Below, in pieces: positions 57,357 through 64,000 of a stretch of 64,000 nt of DNA (its first letter is position 1; every line of letters begins with the position of its first letter). The DNA is from an uncultured Clostridia bacterium (GTDB taxonomy: Bacteria; Bacillota; Clostridia; Christensenellales; UBA1750): positions 2,222 through 66,221 of the forward strand of contig CANQPP010000008.1 of NCBI GenBank assembly GCA_947625765.1, given 5' to 3'. The notes below the pieces were generated by a model. That model saw only the letters and a list, made by a program, of their open reading frames with translations, was not told the origin of the DNA and did not search any database. Both the position numbers and the translations under genes were made by a program.

Positions 57357-57989
57357 CTAATGGTGGCCGTGGTGCCCGCTCTCGTGCTCGCTCCCGTGGC
57401 CGCTCTCGTGGCTGTCCTCGTGGCTGTCCTCTTCCTCGTGGTGGGCCGCCGTCTGGTGGTGGTGGCTTTCCTCGGTGCAGTCCAGCGGGCAGCTGTGGTG
57501 GTGCTCATAGTCCGTGCAGTCCGCCGGGCAGTCGTGGTGGTGCGCCGGGTCGGTGCAGGTCGGATCGCTGCAGCCCATGCCGCTTATGAACGTGACGGTC
57601 TCATGCTCGGCCTCGTGGTCCTCCTCGTGGTGGGCTGTTGTCGTCTGGTGGTGGTGGCTTTCCTCCGTGCAGTCCAGCGGGCAGTCGTGGTGGTGCTCGT
57701 AGTTGGAGCAGTCCGCCGGGCAGTCGTGGTGGTGCGTGGGGTCGGTGCAGGTCGGGTCGCTGCAGCCCATGCCGCTCACGAACGAAACGGGCTTGTTGAC
57801 CATGGCGGTCCCCGCGCTCTCGATCGTCTTGAGCGCTTCCGCGGTCTCCGCCGGCTCCGCGGCCTCCGCGCTCTGACTTAAGGTCTCCGGCTCCTCCGGG
57901 GCCGGGCTCGCGGGGCCCGCGTGCGCCGCGCTGCAGCCGGCAAGCGCGACCGTACAAACGAGCAGCAACAGCATCGCATATTTCTTCAT
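57357..57989 (-). CDS. Cys/His-rich tandem-repeat lipoprotein (putative metal-binding)
   Basis: Lipobox LLLVCTVALAGC-S. There are two ~60-aa repeats of sequence GMGCSDPTCTDP(T/A)HHHDCPADC..YEHHH(D/S)CPLDCTEESHHHQ, followed by a His/Glu/Ser-rich tail ending in GHHGHH. ATG 57989 follows GGAGATG. Confidence 0.75.
   Translation of the reverse strand: MKKYAMLLLLVCTVALAGCSAAHAGPASPAPEEPETLSQSAEAAEPAETAEALKTIESAGTAMVNKPVSFVSGMGCSDPTCTDPTHHHDCPADCSNYEHHHDCPLDCTEESHHHQTTTAHHEEDHEAEHETVTFISGMGCSDPTCTDPAHHHDCPADCTDYEHHHSCPLDCTEESHHHQTAAHHEEEDSHEDSHESGHGSEHESGHHGHH
57441..57793 (-). repeat. tandem ~189-bp coding repeat (two copies) in the lipoprotein gene
   Basis: 57441-57600 and 57630-57793 align with few substitutions, for example GTCCAGCGGGCAG(C/T)(T/C)GTGGTGGTGCTC and GCAGTCCGCCGGGCAGTCGTGGTGGTGCG. 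Confidence 0.8.
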
Positions 57990-58083
57990 CTTTACAACAT
58001 CTCCGTCTCTTTCCGTTGAGCCTTTTTTCCCTGCGAATGCTTCTTCCCCAAAAAGGGCCCGCAGAGGGACCCCCTTCCTTTCT

Positions 58084-58112
58084 GTGATAGCACTTGCGCC
58101 TTCCCCTGTCAA
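58084..58112 (-). promoter_or_regulatory. candidate promoter of the lipoprotein gene
   Basis: Minus strand reads TTGACA, 17 nt spacer, TATCAC. The ~95-nt leader contains GGGTCCC-tctgc-GGGCCC followed by TTTTT. Confidence 0.4.
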
Positions 58113-58174
58113 TGCTTCCGCCTTGTCTTCTTTTCACCATTTTTTCGTTTTTTGATTTTGGGGCATGTCTAAGC

Positions 58175-58217
58175 ATAAAAGAAGCGGACGAGAAGGGTCA
58201 TTCCCTCTCTCGTCCGC
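58175..58217 (-). terminator. intrinsic terminator after the desulfhydrase-like gene
   Basis: Minus strand reads GCGGACGAGAGAGGGA-atga-CCCTTCTCGTCCGC followed by TTCTTTTAT. Confidence 0.7.
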
Positions 58218-58232
58218 GTATCTCTCACATAT

Positions 58233-59315
58233 TTAGATGGGCCCCAGGATCTCCCGCTCGGCGAACAGGGCCGTGGTGCCGCCCGTGTGCAGGAACACCA
58301 CCGTGGCGCCTTTGGGGACCTCGCCCCGGGCGATGTGGTCCAGCATCCCGGCGAAGGCCTTGCCCGTGTAGACCGGGTCCAGCAGCAGCCCCTCCGTCCG
58401 CGCCAGGCGGCGGATGGCCTCGGTCGCGGCGGGGTTGGGCTTTTCGTACCCGGGGGCGAAGTAGCGCGCGTCGGTGTGGATGTCCTCCGGCTCCACCCGC
58501 TCCGGGCGGCCGAGCCAGGCAAGCGCCTCGCAGCTTAAAGTCGCGCACTTCCTGTGGTAGGCGTCCCTGTCCTTTTCACTCACGTTGATAGAGACGATGT
58601 CCGTTTCCCCGCCGGGCAGGCCCGCGGCCTTCAGCAAGGCCCTTCCCGCGACCAGGCCCGCCAGCGTGCCGCCGGTGCCCGCGGCGTGGAACAGGAAGTC
58701 CGCCTGTTTATCTAAGGCCGCCAGCTGCCCGCACAGCTCCAGATACCCCTCCGCGAAGGCCGCCGAGCCCGCCGCGTCGGCCCCGCCCATGGGCACCTCG
58801 CAGCAGCGCATGCCGACCTCCTCCAGGTCCCGCATGTGCTCCCGGGCCATGGCGAAGGAGCGCTCCTCCGCGTCCTCCTCGCTCTCGCCGGGAAGCTGCT
58901 CCACGATGTGCACCTCCGCGCCCAGGATTCGGTCCAGCAGCAGGTTGGCCCGCAGGTCCGCCTCGTCGGGCTTGACCAGCGCCACCAGGTACAAAACGGG
59001 CTTTAAGCCCAGCCTGCGGCAGGCGGTGGCCGTCTGCATGGCGTGGTTGGACTGCGTGGCCCCGTAGGTGAACACCGCCGTGCAGCCCATTGCCTGCGCC
59101 CGCCCCAGGATGAACTGCAGCTTGCGCACCTTGTTGCCCCCAAAGAGGCTCATCCCGGAGAGGTCGTCGCGCTTGATGTAGAGCTCGACCCCTAATTCCG
59201 CCGACAGCCGCTCCAGCTTGTGCAGGGGCGTGGGGTAAAAGCCCAGCGCGGCCCGCTTCACGCCGCCGAAGACCTCCGCCCGTAGCTCGCGGATACGTTC
59301 CATCTCTTTCGCCAC
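58233..59315 (-). CDS. D-cysteine desulfhydrase / ACC deaminase family PLP enzyme
   Basis: GGNKVRKLQFILG and YGATQSNHAMQTA motifs of this fold-type II family. Confidence 0.8.
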   Translation of the reverse strand: MAKEMERIRELRAEVFGGVKRAALGFYPTPLHKLERLSAELGVELYIKRDDLSGMSLFGGNKVRKLQFILGRAQAMGCTAVFTYGATQSNHAMQTATACRRLGLKPVLYLVALVKPDEADLRANLLLDRILGAEVHIVEQLPGESEEDAEERSFAMAREHMRDLEEVGMRCCEVPMGGADAAGSAAFAEGYLELCGQLAALDKQADFLFHAAGTGGTLAGLVAGRALLKAAGLPGGETDIVSINVSEKDRDAYHRKCATLSCEALAWLGRPERVEPEDIHTDARYFAPGYEKPNPAATEAIRRLARTEGLLLDPVYTGKAFAGMLDHIARGEVPKGATVVFLHTGGTTALFAEREILGPI

Positions 59316-59372
59316 TTTCAGGTCACGCTCCTGTTTTTCGTATGCTGTACAAGGCAGCTTACAGGAAGTATA

Positions 59373-59984
59373 TCATAACTCTCTTCTCTTGTACAGCCAG
59401 ATGGACAGCTGCCAGGAGAGCGCGTACAGCGCCGCGCCGATGAGCGGGGCCCAGTACAGCCCGATGTGCGGGACGTTCGACAGGTTCCCGGCGACACCGC
59501 CCACCGCGCCCATCACGCCGCAGACCAGGGAGATGCAGACGATGTAGATCAGGCGGCCCCTCTGCGCGCCGAAGCGGAACAGGATGGGGAGGCTCAGCAT
59601 GGGCACGGACATGGACAGCGGCACGGCCAAGGACAGGAACGCGCCGATCTGCAAAGGCAGGCCGTTGATGGAATGCCCGATCAGCAGCGCCAGGACGCAC
59701 ACGCCCCAGTTGAGGACCATGTAAAAGATGCTCACCAGATACCTGGCGCTCACCACCTGCGCGCGGGTCACGGGCAGCGCGGCGGCAAAGCGAGGCCAGC
59801 CGTAGCTCTCGTCCAGGCTCTGCAGGCTCATGGGCTGCACGCCGATCATCACGCAGGTGAACAGCAGGAAGAACTGCGCCGCTTCCCCGAAAACACCGCA
59901 GACCAGGTAAACGATGTTCAGCAGGAACAGCGCCCGCATGTTTTTAAAGCACAAAAGAACGTCCTTGTAGATAAGGCCCTTCAC
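59373..59984 (-). CDS. ABC-2 type transporter permease
   Basis: 203 aa, six hydrophobic segments. GTG 59984 follows AAGGAGGGAGAG and overlaps the ATPase stop (GTGA). The track ORF to 60419 is an out-of-gene extension. Confidence 0.7.
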   Translation of the reverse strand: MKGLIYKDVLLCFKNMRALFLLNIVYLVCGVFGEAAQFFLLFTCVMIGVQPMSLQSLDESYGWPRFAAALPVTRAQVVSARYLVSIFYMVLNWGVCVLALLIGHSINGLPLQIGAFLSLAVPLSMSVPMLSLPILFRFGAQRGRLIYIVCISLVCGVMGAVGGVAGNLSNVPHIGLYWAPLIGAALYALSWQLSIWLYKRREL

Positions 59985-60826
59985 CTTTTCTCTCCCTCCT
60001 TTGTCAGCAGCAGGAACATTTCCTCCACGCCCACGCTGGACAGGGCTGCGCCTTCCGGCATCCTGTCCCGGCGCACCAGCGCCCGCTCCCCGTAGGGCGT
60101 GTGCTTGACGCCCTGCACGGCCCCCTTCGGCAGGGCGTCCAGCTCCTCCGCCGTGCCCAGGAACAGGGCCAGCTCCTCCTGCAGCCTGTCCTTTTCCTCC
60201 ACGAGCAGCAGGCGGCCCTTGTGCAGGAAGGCGACGTAGTCGCAGAGCCTCTCCAGGTCGCTGACGATGTGGGAGGAGATGAGCACCGAGCGCTCCTCGC
60301 TGCGGGTGTAATCCTCCAGCATCTCCATCACCTGGTCCCGGGCCAGCGGGTCCAGACCGCCGGTGGGTTCGTCCAGCAGCAGGAGCTTGGGGTCGTGGCT
60401 CAGGGCTGCGGCGATGCACATCTTCTGCCGCATGCCGCGGGAGTAGTCCTTGAAGGGCTTCTTCTCCGGCAGGTCGAAGGCCTTGATGAGGGAGAAGAAC
60501 TTCTCCTCGTCCCAGGCCTTGTGGATGCCCGCCAGCATGCGGTCCATCTCCAGGGCGTTAAAGCTCAGGGGCAGGCCGGTGGCGTCCGGCACCACGCCCA
60601 GGTCCTCGCGGATGCCGTCCAGCTCCTTTTCGTCCCGGCCCAGCACGCGGACGCTGCCGCCGTCTTTTTTGAGCATCTGCAGGATCAGGCGCAGGAGCGT
60701 GGTCTTGCCCGCCCCGTTTTCGCCGATCAGGCCCAAGACGCAGCCGCCGGGCAGCGTCAGGTCCAGCGGCCCCAAGGTAAAGTCCTTAAACTTCCGGGTC
60801 AGTCCCCGAATTTCCAGCGCGTTCAT
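59981..60826 (-). CDS. ABC transporter ATP-binding protein
   Basis: GENGAGKTT, LSRGMRQK-type signature (YSRGMRQKMCIAAAL) and LLLDEPTGGLD. Confidence 0.85.
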   Translation of the reverse strand: MNALEIRGLTRKFKDFTLGPLDLTLPGGCVLGLIGENGAGKTTLLRLILQMLKKDGGSVRVLGRDEKELDGIREDLGVVPDATGLPLSFNALEMDRMLAGIHKAWDEEKFFSLIKAFDLPEKKPFKDYSRGMRQKMCIAAALSHDPKLLLLDEPTGGLDPLARDQVMEMLEDYTRSEERSVLISSHIVSDLERLCDYVAFLHKGRLLLVEEKDRLQEELALFLGTAEELDALPKGAVQGVKHTPYGERALVRRDRMPEGAALSSVGVEEMFLLLTKEGEKR

Positions 60827-61206
60827 TTCTCGTCCTCCAGTTGAAACCTCACCATCTCGAGCAGCTCCGCCTCCGACAGGCCGCAGGCGGCCGCCAGGCG
60901 GGCGATCTCGGAGATGTGCGTTTCGATCTCCTTCAGGTTCTGTTCGCGGATCAGCTCCGTGTTCTTGGGCGCCACGTAGCAGCCCTTGGCGGGAACGGTG
61001 TAGAGGAAGCCCTCCTTTTCCAGTTCCTCGTAGGCCCGCTTGGTGGTGATGAAGCTGATGGAAAGGTCCTTGGCCAGCGCGCGGATGGAGGGGAGCGCTT
61101 CGTTCTCGCGCAACTCCCCCCGCAGGATCTGCTCCTTGATCTGGGTGTAGATCTGGTTGTAGATCGGCGCGCCGCTGCGGTTGTCGATCAGGATGTGCAT
61201 GGCCAT
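60823..61206 (-). CDS. GntR family (YtrA-type) transcriptional regulator
   Basis: 127 aa, PIYNQIYTQIKEQILRGELRENEALPSIRALAKDLSISFITTKRAYEELE. Overlaps the ATPase start by 4 nt. Confidence 0.85.
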   Translation of the reverse strand: MAMHILIDNRSGAPIYNQIYTQIKEQILRGELRENEALPSIRALAKDLSISFITTKRAYEELEKEGFLYTVPAKGCYVAPKNTELIREQNLKEIETHISEIARLAAACGLSEAELLEMVRFQLEDEK

Positions 61207-61218
61207 GCCTCCGTCCTA

Positions 61219-61245
61219 AACTGTGTATGGATAGTATATACAGTT
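61219..61245. promoter_or_regulatory. inverted repeat, candidate GntR operator
   Basis: AACTGTGTAT (61219-61228), 7 nt spacer, ATATACAGTT (61236-61245), 9/10 complementary. It lies 13 nt upstream of the regulator start codon. Confidence 0.45.
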
Positions 61246-61367
61246 ATATCAGCTCTGTCAACACCCCTGGCAAAATTTTTTCCCGCTTTTCTTTTGCCGC
61301 CCGCTTTGCTATACTTTTGACGAACGGGAAGCCAAAACAAAACTTGCGAAGGGGAGGGCGAGGGGCC

Positions 61368-63260
61368 GTGGCGGAACAGGAGAAGCTCGTCTGCGTTTTG
61401 TGCGAAAAGCCCTCCGTGGGCAGGGACGTGGCCCGCGTGCTGGGCGCGGACAAGAAGGGCGAGGGCTGCCTGTACGGCGGCGGCTACGTGGTCACCTGGG
61501 GCTTTGGGCACCTTGCCTCCCCCGCCATGCCGGAGGAGATCGACCCAAATTGGAAAAAGTGGAGTTTTTCCACGCTGCCCATGCTGCCGGAGGACATCCC
61601 CTTGAAGGTCCTGCCCTCGGGCAAGAAGCAGTTTTCGATCATCCGCTCCCTGTTTCTGGATCCGCGCGTCGTCTCCCTCATCTGCGCCACGGACGCCGGA
61701 CGCGAGGGGGAGCTGATCTTCCGGCGCATCTACCAGCTCACCGGCTGCCGCAAGCCGGTGATGCGGCTTTGGATCTCCTCCATGACGGACCAGGCCATCC
61801 GGCAGGGCTTTCGGGAGCTTAAGCCCATGAGCGATTACGACGGCCTGTACAAGAGCGCCAACTGCCGGGCCGAGGCCGACTGGCTGGTGGGCATGAACGG
61901 CTCCCGCGCCTTCACGCTGCGCTACGACGCCCTGCTTTCCGTGGGGCGGGTGCAGACGCCCACGCTGTCCCTGCTGGTCAAGCGCAAGAAGGAGATCGAG
62001 GCCTTCCGGCCGGAGGACTATTATGAAGTGCGCGCCGACTTCGGCGATCACGAGGGGCTGTATATAAAGGACGGCGTCTCCCGGATCGCAAAAAAGGAGG
62101 AGGCCGAGGCCATCGCCGCCCAGGTCCGAGGCAAGCCCGCCCGCGTGTCTTCCGTGCGCGTGGAGGAAAAGCGCCAGCCGCCGCCCTATTTATATGACCT
62201 TACGACACTGCAGCGGGAGGCCAACGCCCGCTTCGGGCTCACCGCGGCCAAGACGCTGGAGACCGCCCAGTCCTTATACGAGAAGCACAAGCTGCTCACC
62301 TACCCCCGCACCGACAGCCGCCACCTGCCGCAGGACCAGCGGCCGGTGGTGCTGCGCCTCCTGCAGGGCCTGCCAGAGGGGCTGTGCTCCCTTTTGCCCC
62401 AGCCGCTGCGCGAGCCGGGCGGCCGGGTGTTCGACGATAGCAAGGTGAGCGACCACCACGCCCTGCTGCCCACGGGCCGCACGCCCCCGGCAAACCTCAC
62501 GCAGGCAGAAAGTCAGATCTACGAGCTGGTGACCCGCCGCCTGGCCGCCGCCTTCATGGACGACTACCGATACGAGCAGACCGAGGTCGTGACCGAGTGC
62601 GCGGGATACGCGTTTATGAGCCGGGGCCGCGTGGTATTGGACGAGGGCTGGCAGAGGGCCTGCCCGCCCGTCCGCGTAAAGTCGAAAGAGGACGCGGAGG
62701 ACGAAAAGGCCCTGCCGCGCCTAAAGCAAGGCGAGATAAGGCAGACGCGCGGCGCGAAGGTGCAGCGCAAACAGACCAAGCCGCCCTCTCCCTACACGGA
62801 GAACACGCTTCTGGACGCCATGGAGCACGCGGGCCGCTTCGTCACCGACGAGCGCCTGCGCCAACAGCTCAAGGAGCGGGGCCTGGGCACGCCGTCCACC
62901 CGGGCGGCCACGCTGGAGCGGCTCATCGAGGTGGGCTACGTGGTCCGGCGCAAGCGCAGCCTGCTGGCCACGGACAAGGGCGAAAAGCTGATCGAGGCCG
63001 TGCCCTGGCAGCTGGCCTCCCCGGAGACCACGGGCCGCTGGGAGAAGGGGCTCAAGGACATCGAGAGCGGGACCATGGACCCGGGCCGCTTCATGGAATC
63101 CATCCGCCGCTACGCCGCCTATCTGGTGGACGCGGCCAGGACCGCGCCGCCCGTGGACTTTCCGAGGGAAGAGAGGAAGCCGCGCCGCGCGCCCGCAAAG
63201 GCCGCTTCGACGGCGACAAAGCCCCGCCGCGCCCCTGCGAAGGGGAAGCCGAAAACGTAA
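61368..63260 (+). CDS. topB: DNA topoisomerase III
   Basis: LCEKPSVGRDVA (Toprim), DAGREGELIFR and LTYPRTDSRHL (active-site Tyr region), plus a Lys/Pro/Arg-rich tail. GTG 61368 follows GGGGAGGG. Confidence 0.9.
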   Translation: MAEQEKLVCVLCEKPSVGRDVARVLGADKKGEGCLYGGGYVVTWGFGHLASPAMPEEIDPNWKKWSFSTLPMLPEDIPLKVLPSGKKQFSIIRSLFLDPRVVSLICATDAGREGELIFRRIYQLTGCRKPVMRLWISSMTDQAIRQGFRELKPMSDYDGLYKSANCRAEADWLVGMNGSRAFTLRYDALLSVGRVQTPTLSLLVKRKKEIEAFRPEDYYEVRADFGDHEGLYIKDGVSRIAKKEEAEAIAAQVRGKPARVSSVRVEEKRQPPPYLYDLTTLQREANARFGLTAAKTLETAQSLYEKHKLLTYPRTDSRHLPQDQRPVVLRLLQGLPEGLCSLLPQPLREPGGRVFDDSKVSDHHALLPTGRTPPANLTQAESQIYELVTRRLAAAFMDDYRYEQTEVVTECAGYAFMSRGRVVLDEGWQRACPPVRVKSKEDAEDEKALPRLKQGEIRQTRGAKVQRKQTKPPSPYTENTLLDAMEHAGRFVTDERLRQQLKERGLGTPSTRAATLERLIEVGYVVRRKRSLLATDKGEKLIEAVPWQLASPETTGRWEKGLKDIESGTMDPGRFMESIRRYAAYLVDAARTAPPVDFPREERKPRRAPAKAASTATKPRRAPAKGKPKT

Positions 63261-63362
63261 ACCCGCTTCTTTCCTTTCAGAAGCTCGAAGGAGAAGGCAA
63301 AGGCAAAGGCACAGGGCCGCTTCCCTTTCAATAGAAAAGCGAAGGAAAGCCGATCACCAAAT

Positions 63363-63576
63363 GCCGCGCCGCCTTATCCACGAACCCGCTTGGTGGAGGC
63401 CGCTTCCAAAGAAAAAGGGAAGCGAAGGCCGTTTGGGCGGCGGCAAAACCCCTCTGTGCCTCCGCTAAGGGGAAAATCCGCAAAGCCGTTTTCCTTTCTT
63501 TCATCTAAAAAATGAAGGGACGGTCAACAGCGCCGCGCCCCTTTTCCACGAGCCCGCTTCGGTGGAAGCCGCCTTT
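63363..63576. repeat. two ~45-nt direct repeats with DnaA-box-like core
   Basis: GCCGCGCCGCCTTATCCACGAACCCGCTTGGTGGAGGCCGC (63363-) and GCCGCGCCCCTTTTCCACGAGCCCGCTTCGGTGGAAGCCGC (63532-) differ at about 4 positions over the 33-nt core. Confidence 0.5.
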
Positions 63577-63805
63577 ATTTCATAAGGCGACGGCGCAAAA
63601 GCGCCGATCGTTCACCGAAGAAACGAGCAACCGGGAGCGTTTCCCCGCCGCGGCTCGTTTGATAAAGGGAACGCTTCCCCGTCCCGAGACCAAGCCTGGA
63701 AAAAACGCCGGTACGTCTTGCAAGGCGCGGGGTCTGTGTGCGATAATAGAAAAAAGGGGCCCCCAAGCGGCCCGCGCTTCTTTCACGCAACGGGAGGTTT
63801 TGACC

Positions 63806-64000
63806 ATGCTATATTCCGCCAAGGACAGGGCCGTGCTGCGCGGCCAGCTGTTCCGCCGTCTGTCTCTGGACGCGCTCATCTTCCTCGTTCCCTTTGCGAT
63901 CGGGCTGGTGCTCATGTACACCTGCCGCATCGAGTGGCTGTCCATGCTCTTGTCCATGCTCGGCATGGTGGCGGCGGTGTTCTATTACGGCATGTGCGTT
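63806..64000 (+). CDS. hypothetical membrane protein, N-terminal fragment (runs off the window)
   Basis: ATG follows GGGAGG by 8 nt. The frame is open to the window end with high third-position GC and two hydrophobic segments (LIFLVPFAIGLVLMY, MLLSMLGMVAAVFYY). It is not in the ORF track because no stop is reached. Confidence 0.45.
   Translation, partial: MLYSAKDRAVLRGQLFRRLSLDALIFLVPFAIGLVLMYTCRIEWLSMLLSMLGMVAAVFYYGMCV

Noticed and set aside
63580-63966. 128-aa minus-strand ORF at the window end
   Set aside because: It overlaps the repeat-rich spacer and lies antisense to a + strand ORF that has a good RBS and membrane-protein character.

Overview
This is a high-GC chromosomal segment of Firmicutes/Clostridia type, judged from GGAGG ribosome-binding sites, lipoprotein signals, a T-box leader, and DUF951, DUF370 and DUF5685 genes. 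All family calls come from motif recognition by eye; no searches were run. The window carries most of the classical origin-proximal housekeeping genes, but broken into separate blocks: mnmE/mnmG/rsmG (+, 9.3-14.0 kb), noc/parA/parB (-, 31.5-34.2 kb) and remB/gyrB/gyrA (-, 38.9-43.7 kb). dnaA, dnaN, recF, rpmH, rnpA, yidC and jag are absent. Between the blocks lie metabolic and transport genes:
- a glyA 3' end
- two glycosidases
- a PatB-like lyase
- a PF04392-type ABC importer
- metNIQ behind a Met-type T-box leader
- a CUT1 sugar ABC operon with an appended HlyD-like adaptor
- rhaA and alaX
- serA and serC
- a heterodimeric ABC exporter pair
- a GntR/ABC-2 module
- topB

The observations most worth follow-up are:
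- an oriC-like DnaA-box, TAG-trio and iteron cluster directly upstream of remB-gyrB-gyrA with no dnaA nearby
- a tandem-repeat Cys/His-rich lipoprotein
- a macro-HTH / membrane / vWA gene trio
- an overlapping J-domain (Cys-rich tail) plus DUF5685 pair
- twin perfect palindromes upstream of a 1,186-1,198 aa surface protein
- a YcaQ/AlkZ-like gene broken by about five frameshifts
- an AT-rich NUDIX gene wedged between mnmE and mnmG

I saw no rRNA, tRNA, CRISPR array, transposase or integrase. Many long ORFs in the track are antisense shadows typical of high-GC DNA.
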